Source of the DNA: an uncultured virus (IMG/VR IMGVR_UViG_3300037418_002777)
Taxonomy: Duplodnaviria > Heunggongvirae > Uroviricota > Caudoviricetes
Virus record (IMG/VR): IMGVR_UViG_3300037418_002777
Direction: 5' to 3' (one strand)
DNA: 64,000 nt
Positions within the stretch are counted from its first letter, which is position 1; every line of letters begins with the position of its first letter. Below are positions 55,400 to 64,000 of the stretch, piece by piece. The notes under the pieces were generated by a model. It did no database searches. It was not told where the DNA came from and saw only the letters and a list, made by a program, of their open reading frames with translations. The position numbers and the translations under genes were made by a program.

Positions 55400-57159
55400 A
55401 CCTCGTCGACGATCCGGAAATCCGCGCCCACCTCCAACGCCTCGAGACGGCGCTGTTCAACAGCTACGACCTGGGCGACGTCGTGCGCTACCTCGAGGAG
55501 AAGACCTTCCTGAAGGGCGACCGCTTCAGCTTCAAGGACCACGAGTTCCAGCAGGACATCCTGTCCGACACCAGCAAGGTGGTGTACGTGCAAAAGTGCG
55601 CGCAGATCGGCATGTCCGAGGCGATGGCGCGCTACGCCTTGGCCATCACGCGGATCATGCCGTACTTCAGCGTGATCCTGACGATGCCGTTCTCGAACGA
55701 CTCGGCCAACTTCTCGAAGACCCGATTAAGCCCGATCATCGACGAGTCGCCGGACTTGCGCGAAGCGGTCGATCGCGACCTCGACAACACCGAGATCAAG
55801 GGCATCGGCACCGGCCTGCTCTACACCCGCGGCTGCTCGGGCACGACTTCCGCGATCTCGGTGCCGGCCGACATGCTGATCCACGACGAGGTCGACCGCT
55901 CCGATCCGGACGCCTTGGGCCAGTACCAGTCGCGCATCAAGCACAGCAAGTACAAGCTGACCCGCAAGTTCGGCACGCCGACCCTCGACGACACCGGCAT
56001 CGCGCTCGACATGAAGACCGCCCAGCGCTACCGCCGCGCCTGCACCTGCCACCTGTGCGGCCACACCTTCGTGCCGAACTTCCACACCGACGTCAAGATT
56101 CCCGGCTACAGTGGGCGCTTCCAGGACATCACCAAGTACAACCTGCACACGCTGCACTGGCGCGAGGCGCGCCTGCACTGCCCGGGCTGCGACGGCGAAC
56201 CGAGCCTGCAGGTCGAGCACCGCCGCTGGATCTGCGAGAACCCGAATGACAACTACGAGGCGGTCGGCTACTACGTGACGCCGTTCGACGTGCCCAACGT
56301 CGTGTCGATCCCGTCGCTGGTGCAGGAGATCACCAAGTACAAGACCTGGGCCGAGTTCGTCAACCAGGCGCTGGGCGAGACCGCCAACGAGAGCGAGAGC
56401 CAGTTGACCCGCAGCGATATCCTCAACTGCAAGTACGTCGGCGCCGATCTGCGCAGCAACAGCCTGCACCACATGGGCATCGACGTCGGCCAGCTGTGCA
56501 CGCTGCTGGTGGGCCGCAAGGACGAGCTTGGGCGGCTCTTGGTGGTGCACAAGGAGCGCGTGCTGCTGGGCAGGCTGCGCGAGCGCAAGCGCGAGCTGAA
56601 GAAGGAGTTCCGCGTCCTGATGACGGTGATCGACAGCCAGCCCGAGACCTACCTGGTGCAGCAGATGCAGAAGGAGGACAAGAACTGCTACGGAGCCGTC
56701 TACCACGAGAACAAGAAGCTGGCCACCTACGAGCTGGTCATGGTCGAGAAGGTGCCGGAGAAGGGCAAGCTGCCGATCAACCAGGCCAAGATCCACCGCA
56801 ACATCAACTTCGACGAGGTGATGCAGATGTTCAAGGCCCGCCAGATCCTGTGGCAGGCCTCGAACGACGCCGAGGACGACCTGCTGGTCGACCACTGCCT
56901 GGACATGAAGCGCAAGCAGGAGATGGACCAGCACCACGAGCTGGTGTGGAAATGGAACAAGTCGGTGCAGGGCCAGGACCACTACATGCACACACTGGGC
57001 TACCTGCGCGTGGCCTGCGAGCTGTCCCCGGCGGCGTCGCAGAACATGAGCTTCGGCCACTTCCCGATCGCGCTGTCGATGAAGGTCACCGACAAGGTCG
57101 ACCCGCTGCAGGCGCTGAAAAACAACCTCGGCCAGCGGGTCGGCCGCGTGCTGTCATGA
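55396..57159 (+). CDS. terL: terminase large subunit (GpA-like)
   Basis: KCAQIGMSE, LIHDEVDR, FGTPT, CHLCG/CPGC Zn module, FVNQALGE, MGIDVG, terminal DHYMH. Confidence 0.9.
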   Translation: MNLVDDPEIRAHLQRLETALFNSYDLGDVVRYLEEKTFLKGDRFSFKDHEFQQDILSDTSKVVYVQKCAQIGMSEAMARYALAITRIMPYFSVILTMPFSNDSANFSKTRLSPIIDESPDLREAVDRDLDNTEIKGIGTGLLYTRGCSGTTSAISVPADMLIHDEVDRSDPDALGQYQSRIKHSKYKLTRKFGTPTLDDTGIALDMKTAQRYRRACTCHLCGHTFVPNFHTDVKIPGYSGRFQDITKYNLHTLHWREARLHCPGCDGEPSLQVEHRRWICENPNDNYEAVGYYVTPFDVPNVVSIPSLVQEITKYKTWAEFVNQALGETANESESQLTRSDILNCKYVGADLRSNSLHHMGIDVGQLCTLLVGRKDELGRLLVVHKERVLLGRLRERKRELKKEFRVLMTVIDSQPETYLVQQMQKEDKNCYGAVYHENKKLATYELVMVEKVPEKGKLPINQAKIHRNINFDEVMQMFKARQILWQASNDAEDDLLVDHCLDMKRKQEMDQHHELVWKWNKSVQGQDHYMHTLGYLRVACELSPAASQNMSFGHFPIALSMKVTDKVDPLQALKNNLGQRVGRVLS

Positions 57160-57323
57160 GCGAGACCATGCTCGAAACCGTGACGATGCGCCTGCCGGCC
57201 GACGTCTACGCGCGCCTGGTGGCGCTGGGCCAGGCCACCGACCGCAAGCTGGGCACCTTGGCGCGCTACGCCCTGCTCGAATACCTCGACAAGCACGCCC
57301 CTCTTAACCCACCCAAGGAATAA
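57156..57323 (+). CDS. ribbon-helix-helix DNA-binding protein
   Basis: TVTMRLPADVYARLVALGQATDRKLGTLARYALLEYL. Confidence 0.7.
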   Translation: MSETMLETVTMRLPADVYARLVALGQATDRKLGTLARYALLEYLDKHAPLNPPKE

Positions 57324-57325
57324 CT

Positions 57326-57562
57326 ATGCACATCGAAGCAGACAAACACCCGGCCGCGGCCCACGCCATGGTCTACCTGGACGGCCAGAAGATCATGCTG
57401 TGCGTCTGGGCCGACGAGGAGGCCGGCGAGCTGTGCTGCTACAAGACGGGGCCGGACGGCAAGCCGGTACATAACGGCCAGGAATGGCAGACCGAAATCC
57501 TGCGCGGCACCGTGCGCGTCGAGCTGCCGCCGGAACTCGAGCACCTGCGCCACTGGAAATAG
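57326..57562 (+). CDS. hypothetical protein
   Basis: AAGGA RBS. Confidence 0.65.
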   Translation: MHIEADKHPAAAHAMVYLDGQKIMLCVWADEEAGELCCYKTGPDGKPVHNGQEWQTEILRGTVRVELPPELEHLRHWK

Positions 57563-57624
57563 ATATTGAACAACGCCCGAACTTGCGCTACAGTAAGGGC
57601 GTCTCCGATCTGGTTTGGATCTTT

Positions 57625-57651
57625 GGCCCGCCCTGCGCGGGCCTTTTCTTT
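57625..57651 (+). terminator. Rho-independent terminator
   Basis: GGCCCGC-N5-GCGGGCC-TTTTCTTT. Confidence 0.8.
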
Positions 57652-57728
57652 GCCGGCCGCTGTGGTATAGTCGAGCCTGCCGGACAGGAACAGGCTGCCA
57701 GGCGCGGACAGGGAGTTTCCCGGTCGAT

Positions 57729-57757
57729 GGCCCGCTACCCGCGGGCCTTTTTCTTTT
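57729..57757 (+). terminator. Rho-independent terminator
   Basis: GGCCCGC-N5-GCGGGCC-TTTTTCTTTT. Confidence 0.8.
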
Positions 57758-57780
57758 GCCCAACAAATTACTAGCCGCCA

Positions 57781-57800
57781 AGCAATTTCCGTGCCAAAAT
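57781..57800. promoter_or_regulatory. recurring late-operon motif (reverse complement matches sigma54 consensus)
   Basis: AGCAATTTCCGTGCCA-AAAT. Confidence 0.65.
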
Positions 57801-57807
57801 TCCCGGC

Positions 57808-59346
57808 ATGTGGAAATTGCCCAACCCCTTCGCACGCCGGATGCACTTCACCGAGGCCGACAGCCCGGTGAACGCGGACGCCTCGCGCATGAGCGCGGCC
57901 ACCGCGCTGCCGAGCCAGCCGCCGCCCAAGCCCCCGAAGCCGGGCGGCGCGACGTTCCCGGGCTTTCGCACCAGCACGGTCGCCTCGACCGCCAAGATCC
58001 AGAAGCCGGCCTTCGACGTCGCCAACGTCGACCTGACCGCGACCTACCGCACCGCGGCCGACACCCCGACCCTGGTGCGCAACCTGTCGCGCGTCTCGCC
58101 CGAGCTGGCCGGCTCGGTGGCCGCCAACAACCGGGTCGGCATTCCGGAAAAGTACATCGCGATCGCGCGCGACCCCGACGGCAACTTCAACGTCGACGCC
58201 ACCCGCCTGGCGCTGCAGCTGCTGCGCACGATGAACACGATGCCGGATTACATCAACGGCTTCTCGCAGGTCGGCAGCCTGCGCTCGACCTCGGAAGCCT
58301 TGGCCAAGGAGATCCAGCAGCAGGGCGCGGCCGCGCTGGAGCTGGTGCTCGACAAGCAGCGCCTGCCGCTGCAGTGGGTGCCGGTGCCGACCGGCCCGAT
58401 CATCTTTTACCAGGACGGCAAGGGCGTCAAGCCGGTGCAGAAGGTCGGCGGCGACGAGATCGACCTGGACATCGCGACCTTCTTCTGGGTCGCGCTCGAT
58501 CCGTCGCTGTACGACATCTACCCGCAAAGTCCGATGGAGGCGGCGATCCAGCCGGTGCTGGCCTCGACCAACTTCCTGTCGACCCTGCGCCGCCTGTGCG
58601 AGCGCCACGTCTACAAGCGCTACGACGTCGAGATCGACGAGGAGAAGCTGCTCAAGCGGATCCCGGCCGAGTACAACGGCGACGAGGAAAAGACCGCCGC
58701 CTACCTGAACGGGCTGGTGACCCAGATCAACGACACGATTTCCAACCTCGGCGTCGACGAGGCGCTGGTGCACTTCGACTTCTTCCACCTGAAGTACGTC
58801 GAGGGCGACACCGGCGACACCCCGGCCACTTTCGAGACCGTCAAGGACATCTACGACGGCAAGATCGCCACCGCCACCAAGACCCCGCCGTCGGTGCTGG
58901 GCATGGGCGCCAAGACCCAGACCGTGGCGTCCACCGAGACCCTGATGTTTCTGAAGAACGCCGACGGCATGATCCGGCTGAAGCTGCAGGAACTGTACAG
59001 CAAGGCCTTGACCCTGGCGGTGCGCCTGATGGGCATGGACGTGACGGTCGAGTTCGAATTCGACGACATCGAACTGAAGCCCGCTGGCGAGCTCGAGGCT
59101 TACCGGGCGATGAAGTACGAGCGCATCACCAACCTGTTGTCGATCGGCATGATGAGCGACGAGGAAGCCTGCCTGCGCCTGACCTACCAGCTGCCGCCGG
59201 CGAGCTACACGCCACTGGCCGGCACGATGTTCAAGACCCCGGCGCCACCGGCCACCCAGGACCCGAACAACCCCGGCAACCCGGCGTCGCCGACCTCGGC
59301 GCTGAAGAAGACGCCGCAGCAACCGAAAGGACCCGCGAAAAAATGA
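57808..59346 (+). CDS. portal protein
   Basis: 512 aa between TerL and the head protease; TPPSVLG; called from synteny and size; exact start uncertain. Confidence 0.75.
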   Translation: MWKLPNPFARRMHFTEADSPVNADASRMSAATALPSQPPPKPPKPGGATFPGFRTSTVASTAKIQKPAFDVANVDLTATYRTAADTPTLVRNLSRVSPELAGSVAANNRVGIPEKYIAIARDPDGNFNVDATRLALQLLRTMNTMPDYINGFSQVGSLRSTSEALAKEIQQQGAAALELVLDKQRLPLQWVPVPTGPIIFYQDGKGVKPVQKVGGDEIDLDIATFFWVALDPSLYDIYPQSPMEAAIQPVLASTNFLSTLRRLCERHVYKRYDVEIDEEKLLKRIPAEYNGDEEKTAAYLNGLVTQINDTISNLGVDEALVHFDFFHLKYVEGDTGDTPATFETVKDIYDGKIATATKTPPSVLGMGAKTQTVASTETLMFLKNADGMIRLKLQELYSKALTLAVRLMGMDVTVEFEFDDIELKPAGELEAYRAMKYERITNLLSIGMMSDEEACLRLTYQLPPASYTPLAGTMFKTPAPPATQDPNNPGNPASPTSALKKTPQQPKGPAKK

Positions 59347-60773
59347 GCGTACCACTGTTCTGGGCCGGCTCGGACGAATCGTACGAGCTGGTCGTCAAGG
59401 CCCAGGCCAAGGTCGACGACCTGCTGGCCAAGCCCGGCATGACCGCCGGCTGGCTGGAGGACGCCTTGGCCAAGCTGCCGCCGCTGTGGCGTCACGAGGG
59501 CTCGACCGCGGTGGTCGAGGTCAACGGCCCGGTCGTCAACGGCAGCGCCGGCTTCATGCGCCTGTTCGGCGTGCTCGGCTACGACGACATCGGCCAGGCC
59601 GCGGTCGCCGCCGCGACCCACCCCGACACCAAGGGCATGCTGTACCACATCAACACGCCGGGCGGCGACGTCGCCGGCATCGTCGACATGAGCGCGCTGC
59701 TGGGCCAGCTCTCGAGCCTGAAGCCGTCGGCGGTGCACACCACCGAGCTGATGGCCTCGGCCGGCTACTGGATGGCCAGCGCCATCCGCGGCGCGATTTC
59801 CGCCGGCCCGACCGCCGTGGTCGGCTCGATCGGCGTGCTGCGCGTGCACACCGAGACCAGCAAGCGCCTGGAAGAGCAGGGCATCAAGGCCACCGTGCTG
59901 CGCTCCGGCGAATACAAGGCTGAGCTGAACAGCATCGAGCCGCTGACCGAGGGCGCCAAGGCGCGTGCCCAGGAGCAGCTGGCCGAGGTCCACAAGCTGT
60001 TCCGCAAGCAGGTCGCGGCCGGGCGCCCGAACCTGGCGGCCGACCAGCTGGCCGAGGTGACCAAGGGCCAGACCTTCCTTGGCCAGGCGGCGGTGAAGGC
60101 CGGCTTGGTTGACAAGGTGCAAAGTTTCGACCTGGCACTAAAATTGCTTGACAAGCAGAAACACTCCAGCAATACTCCTTCCAATTCGAAAGGTAAGGCT
60201 ATGGCAATTACTCTGACCCAAGACCAACTGACCGCGCTGCGCGCCGGCAAATCGATGGCCGAGATCGGCCTGCACGAGGACGGCACCCCGATGACCGCCG
60301 AGGAGATCGCCGCGCGCGACCAAGCCACGGCCGACACCGCTGCCGCCGCCGAGCTGTCCACCCTCAAGGCCGAGCTGGCGACCGTCAAGGGTCAGCTGAC
60401 CACCGTCCAGGGCGAGCTGGCCAGCGCCAACACCGCGCTGACCGCCGCCCGCGCCGACGTCGCCGCCGCCAACGTCAAGGTGGCCGACCTGCAGAAGGTC
60501 GCCCAGCACCACGAAGGCCTGCTGGCGATCGCCAAGGAAGCCACCGCCAACATGCTGATCCCGATGGGCGGCACCAAGGCGGCCGTCGACGCGATGGACG
60601 CCGCTGGCGTCGTCGCCGAGCACGCCCGCGTCAAGCCCGAGTTCCTGGCCAAGTTCCCGGCCGGCCGCCAGTCGGCGCCGAACGACGACGACGACGGCAA
60701 CAAGGCCACCAAGGCTACGCTGCCGCCGGGCTTCGAATACGCCCTCAAGAACGCGCCGTCCGCCAACCGTTAA
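59343..60773 (+). CDS. S49-family head maturation protease with C-terminal scaffold region
   Basis: HINTPGG, MASAGYWMAS, VGSIGV, SGEYK, AGLVD; Ala-rich coiled-coil tail. Confidence 0.9.
   Translation: MSVPLFWAGSDESYELVVKAQAKVDDLLAKPGMTAGWLEDALAKLPPLWRHEGSTAVVEVNGPVVNGSAGFMRLFGVLGYDDIGQAAVAAATHPDTKGMLYHINTPGGDVAGIVDMSALLGQLSSLKPSAVHTTELMASAGYWMASAIRGAISAGPTAVVGSIGVLRVHTETSKRLEEQGIKATVLRSGEYKAELNSIEPLTEGAKARAQEQLAEVHKLFRKQVAAGRPNLAADQLAEVTKGQTFLGQAAVKAGLVDKVQSFDLALKLLDKQKHSSNTPSNSKGKAMAITLTQDQLTALRAGKSMAEIGLHEDGTPMTAEEIAARDQATADTAAAAELSTLKAELATVKGQLTTVQGELASANTALTAARADVAAANVKVADLQKVAQHHEGLLAIAKEATANMLIPMGGTKAAVDAMDAAGVVAEHARVKPEFLAKFPAGRQSAPNDDDDGNKATKATLPPGFEYALKNAPSANR
60201..60773 (+). CDS. 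nested in-frame scaffolding protein
   Basis: Internal ATG with AAAGGTAAGG RBS, preceded by an AT-rich promoter-like patch. Confidence 0.6.
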   Translation: MAITLTQDQLTALRAGKSMAEIGLHEDGTPMTAEEIAARDQATADTAAAAELSTLKAELATVKGQLTTVQGELASANTALTAARADVAAANVKVADLQKVAQHHEGLLAIAKEATANMLIPMGGTKAAVDAMDAAGVVAEHARVKPEFLAKFPAGRQSAPNDDDDGNKATKATLPPGFEYALKNAPSANR

Positions 60774-60786
60774 TTAAGGAGCCAGC

Positions 60787-61275
60787 ATGTCCAAACTGCA
60801 TTACTTCATGCCGACCGGGGAAACCCCGATCGTCGTGCCGGTCCGCCTCGGCGCGGGCACCGGCGCCGCCAACAACCTGTCCGTCAAGGACGAAGGCAAG
60901 CTGATCAAGCTGGCCGGCGAGTCGCGCTACGACCTGTGCGCTGCTGGCGACACCATCGAAGGCTGGATCTACGGCGTCGAGACCGCCACGTCGGGCGGCT
61001 ACACGGTCGGCGGCCGCGTGCAGGACCGCGCGCTGTTCGTCGTGTTCGACGGCCTGCAGGGGACCCCGGGCACTGGCGCGATCGCGGTCGGCGACTACGT
61101 CGTGGCCGGCACCATCACCCCCAAGGGCACCCAGCTGGCCAGCTACCCGAAGGTGTGCAAGGCCACCGACCAGGCCGCCGCCAAGGCCGCCCCGTTCGCC
61201 TGGCGCGTGATGTCGCTGGGCGTGGCCGGCACCGGCGCGGTGGGCACCTCGGGCGTCATGGAACGCGTCAAGTAA
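60787..61275 (+). CDS. head decoration / capsid cement protein
   Basis: 162 aa Gly-rich gene between scaffold and capsid; AAGGAG RBS. Confidence 0.65.
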   Translation: MSKLHYFMPTGETPIVVPVRLGAGTGAANNLSVKDEGKLIKLAGESRYDLCAAGDTIEGWIYGVETATSGGYTVGGRVQDRALFVVFDGLQGTPGTGAIAVGDYVVAGTITPKGTQLASYPKVCKATDQAAAKAAPFAWRVMSLGVAGTGAVGTSGVMERVK

Positions 61276-61296
61276 TCCCCTCAACAGGAGAAGAAT

Positions 61297-62529
61297 ATGG
61301 GCTTTTACATCAATGCAGAGGGGAATGTCCAGCAGGTCAAGCTGGAAGACACCCTGTACAAGGAAGCGATCGACAAGAACATGCGCGTGGCGCATCTGAT
61401 CAACTCGAAGTTCACCGACGTCGATCCGAAGAAGGGTACCGCGTTCCAGCAGATCGCCGCCTCGGAAGGCCTGGCGCTGGTCGGCAAGAACCCGTTCGGC
61501 CTGCGCTCCGCGTCGATCCACGACATCCTCGAAGGCAATGCCGGCTTCCAGGCCGGCTCGGCCAGCAACAGCCGCGAGCGCGGCGACCCGCTGGGCAACC
61601 AGTCGCGCATCCTGTTCCCGTCGGTCGTCATCGAGATGGTCGAGGACCTGTACTACGACAGCCGTAGCGACGAGGACGTGCGCTTCCGCGACCTGGTCAA
61701 GACCACCGTGCCGGTGGCCGACGACTACTACCGCCAGCCGGTGCTGTCGTACCAGAAGGCCGGCGGCGCCAACAAGGGCACCGATGCCGCCAAGGCCGCC
61801 CGCGTGACCCAGCTGGGCGAGCTGCCGAACATGCTGACGATCACCACGTCCGAGCGCGCCTTCAACATCCCGGCCTACGGTATCGGCATCGAGATGAGCC
61901 AGGAGGCGATGAAGGGCACCACGCTCGACCTGTTCGGCCTGACGATGAAGCGCTACATCGACATCGAGCACAATGCGCGCGTCAACACCTACCTGAGCAA
62001 CCTGTTCCTGGGCGACTCCGACCAGAACAGCGGTGCCGTGTCGGCCGTGACCACCAACTCGCTCGATTCGGCCGCGACCGGCGGCGTCGTGACCCACAAG
62101 GCCTGGATCAAGTTCCTGGCGCGTAACCGCCGCCGCCGCGTGATCACCCACGCGATGTGCGACATCGACACCTACCTGAAGATCGAGGGCCGCACCGGCC
62201 GTCCGGGCTCGAACAACTACGACCCGACCCTGGCGCGCATCGACCCGCAGCTGGTGGCCGCGAAGAACTCGATCGGCTTCGGCAACGACGTCAAGTGGCT
62301 GATCACCGACGACGCCGCCAACGGCGGCCCGGTCCCGGCCAACACCGTGTGGGCGCTGGACCAGTCGCAGGCGATCAAGCTGGTCACCAACACCGCGGCC
62401 GACTACAAGGCGACCGAGGAGTTCGTGCTGCGCCGCTCGTCCAGGATGGTCTGGACTTGGTCGGAGGAAGCTCTCAGGCTGTTTGGGGATACCGACCTGT
62501 CGGCCTTCGACGTGCTGGTGATCTCGTAA
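61297..62529 (+). CDS. major capsid protein
   Basis: 410 aa, strong codon bias, AGGAG RBS, YGIGIEMSQEA; synteny. Confidence 0.8.
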   Translation: MGFYINAEGNVQQVKLEDTLYKEAIDKNMRVAHLINSKFTDVDPKKGTAFQQIAASEGLALVGKNPFGLRSASIHDILEGNAGFQAGSASNSRERGDPLGNQSRILFPSVVIEMVEDLYYDSRSDEDVRFRDLVKTTVPVADDYYRQPVLSYQKAGGANKGTDAAKAARVTQLGELPNMLTITTSERAFNIPAYGIGIEMSQEAMKGTTLDLFGLTMKRYIDIEHNARVNTYLSNLFLGDSDQNSGAVSAVTTNSLDSAATGGVVTHKAWIKFLARNRRRRVITHAMCDIDTYLKIEGRTGRPGSNNYDPTLARIDPQLVAAKNSIGFGNDVKWLITDDAANGGPVPANTVWALDQSQAIKLVTNTAADYKATEEFVLRRSSRMVWTWSEEALRLFGDTDLSAFDVLVIS

Positions 62530-62535
62530 CGCCAC

Positions 62536-62563
62536 CGGCCGGCGGACTTGGGTCCGCCGGCCG
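62536..62563 (+). other. 12-bp GC hairpin after the capsid gene (no U tract; possible mRNA stabiliser or attenuator)
   Basis: CGGCCGGCGGAC-TTGG-GTCCGCCGGCCG. Confidence 0.6.
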
Positions 62564-62582
62564 CCCACTACCTGGAGAACAA

Positions 62583-62870
62583 ATGTCCGACTTCAAACTG
62601 ATCGACAAGCAGGGCGAATGGGTCCTGAACACTGGCGAAACCCGCCTGCCCGACTACCAGCGCCACGTGGACAACCCGGGCTCGGACCTGGTCATCATCG
62701 AGCCGGGCGTGCCGACCAAGGTGGTGCGCTCGACCTACCTGAAGCAGCAGCCGCTGCTGCGCCTGATCGAGGACCCGACCAAGGGCGAGATCATCTTCAA
62801 GGAAGAGCCGGAGCCGAAGGCCGAGCCGGAGCCGAAGGCCGAGCCGAAGCCCAAGGCCGAGCCGAAGTAA
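62583..62870 (+). CDS. small protein with C-terminal (P)EPKA repeats
   Basis: MSDFKLID...; GGAG RBS. Confidence 0.7.
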   Translation: MSDFKLIDKQGEWVLNTGETRLPDYQRHVDNPGSDLVIIEPGVPTKVVRSTYLKQQPLLRLIEDPTKGEIIFKEEPEPKAEPEPKAEPKPKAEPK

Positions 62871-62891
62871 GCCGGCCTGCGCCAGCACAAA

Positions 62892-62919
62892 GCCCGCGTG
62901 ATCCGCGGGCTTTTTCTTT
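62892..62919 (+). terminator. Rho-independent terminator
   Basis: GCCCGCG-TGATC-CGCGGGC-TTTTTCTTT. Confidence 0.8.
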
Positions 62920-62920
62920 A

Positions 62921-62940
62921 AGCAATTTCCATGCCATAAT
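62921..62940. promoter_or_regulatory. recurring late-operon motif
   Basis: AGCAATTTCCATGCCA-TAAT, 15/16 identical to 57781-57796. Confidence 0.65.
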
Positions 62941-62961
62941 GTCTCCTGAAAGGAGCCCACC

Positions 62962-63453
62962 ATGGCCTTCACTGACATTACCTCGACCGCCGAAGTGCGC
63001 GCCGTCCTCGGCGTGTCCGAGAAGGAGCTGCGCGACGACGTGCTGCTGCTGCCGCTGTACTCGACCCGGCTGACCGAGGCCCTGCGCGACCTGCACACCC
63101 AGCTGCTGGCCGACTACGCGAGCGCAGCCGCACTGGACTCGAGGACTGACGACCAGCAGCGCTTCGTCGACCTGGTGCAGGCCTACGCCTCCCACCACAT
63201 CGCCACCCAGTGCCTGGGCGCGCTGCCGATGTTCGCCAAGCAGCAGGTCACCGACGGCAAGAACGCGCTGCAGCGCGTGGCCGACCCGTACGCCCAGCTG
63301 AGGAAGGACGTGCCGTCGGTGCTGTACATCCTGAAGGTGCGCCTGCGCGGTGCCTACGCGGGGATCAATCCGGACGCGACGCCGCCGCTGCCGGCCGAGC
63401 AGCTGGCGGCGCTGGCCGCGACCCGCGGCACCGACCCGGTCACCGGAGCCTGA
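62962..63453 (+). CDS. probable head-tail connector / head completion protein
   Basis: AEVRAVLGVS...; AAAGGAG RBS; position after capsid. Confidence 0.6.
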   Translation: MAFTDITSTAEVRAVLGVSEKELRDDVLLLPLYSTRLTEALRDLHTQLLADYASAAALDSRTDDQQRFVDLVQAYASHHIATQCLGALPMFAKQQVTDGKNALQRVADPYAQLRKDVPSVLYILKVRLRGAYAGINPDATPPLPAEQLAALAATRGTDPVTGA

Positions 63454-63454
63454 C

Positions 63455-64000
63455 ATGGACCTGGCCGAAGCGTCCAGCTTCTTCGACGACGACCCGGTGC
63501 GCGACGCCTACAGCGGCGCGCTGCTGTTCTACGGCCACACCAGCGCGCACGACGACCACACCTCGTCCGGCGCGACGGCGCGCCGGCGCACGCTGGCGGC
63601 CGCGCCCGAGGCGGCGGCACCGGCGCGCGGCGTGGTCGACCTGTACGGCGAGGTGTGGCTGGTCAGCAACAGCAACCTGGACAGTTTCGACGGCGTGCCG
63701 ATCCGGCGCAGCTTCGGCCTGAAGAAGTCGACCGGGCTGATGACCGCGCTGACCCCGGCCCAGGCCTGCCTTGGCCAGGCCGGCACCGACTTCCACGCGC
63801 ACAAGGAATACTTCCGCGACAACCAGGACGCGCGCACCGGCAGCGACTGGGACGTGATGTGGAACATCTTCTGCCCGCCGTCCGAGCCGGTGGCGAAGGG
63901 GACCTTCCTGCGCCAGGGCGGCACCCTGTTCCGGGTGCGCAACGCCTATACGACGGTCGAGGAGCTGGTGATCGCCGAGGCCGACCAGTTCGATGCCGAC
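63455..64000 (+). CDS. probable virion structural protein (runs off right edge)
   Basis: MDLAEASSFFDDDPV... open to the window end; GGAG RBS. Confidence 0.6.
   Translation, partial: MDLAEASSFFDDDPVRDAYSGALLFYGHTSAHDDHTSSGATARRRTLAAAPEAAAPARGVVDLYGEVWLVSNSNLDSFDGVPIRRSFGLKKSTGLMTALTPAQACLGQAGTDFHAHKEYFRDNQDARTGSDWDVMWNIFCPPSEPVAKGTFLRQGGTLFRVRNAYTTVEELVIAEADQFDAD

Noticed and set aside
57615..59342. N-terminal 576 aa of the 1052-aa ORF 57615-60773
   Set aside because: Out-of-frame shadow over the portal gene that also crosses two terminators; the real protease starts at 59343.
55726..62568. Long minus-strand ORFs over the terminase, portal and capsid genes
   Set aside because: Antisense shadow ORFs with no recognisable features.
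1..64000. Prophage boundaries, integrase, or assignment to a named phage genus
   Set aside because: No host genes, att sites, integrase or repressor recognised; taxonomy needs a database comparison.

Overview
This window is a 64 kb slice of a GC-rich, tailed dsDNA bacteriophage genome. The LexA-box and sigma54-like motifs point to a Beta/Gammaproteobacterial host. No integrase, repressor, tRNA, rRNA or CRISPR array is visible. Layout: (1) 1-16930, minus strand: replication and nucleotide module (ATP-dependent ligase, family A DNA polymerase with both exonuclease domains, dNMP kinase, NTP pyrophosphohydrolase, DEDDh exonuclease, AEP primase-ATPase, SF2 helicase, C5 cytosine methyltransferase, RdgC). 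(2) 17123-20368, plus strand: a small cassette of probable virion/fibre genes. (3) 20365-53185, almost all minus strand: about 80 small, translationally coupled early/accessory genes, interrupted by a non-coding repeat and AT-rich region at 48170-49140. (4) 53190-54058: divergent control region. (5) 54059-64000, plus strand: packaging and head genes (HTH protein, probable TerS, adenine MTase, GpA-like TerL, portal, S49 protease/scaffold, decoration protein, major capsid, head completion). Most unusual signals: a 21-unit GBCGAC array phased at 10.55 bp; a C5 methyltransferase apparently split over two overlapping reading frames; a recurring sigma54-like GG-N10-GC motif at operon boundaries; a hairpin-dense non-coding stretch of about 700 nt; two tiny promoter-terminator units before the portal; an SOS box; and a truncated antitoxin-like gene. 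All functional calls come from motif recognition by eye; no database searches were run.
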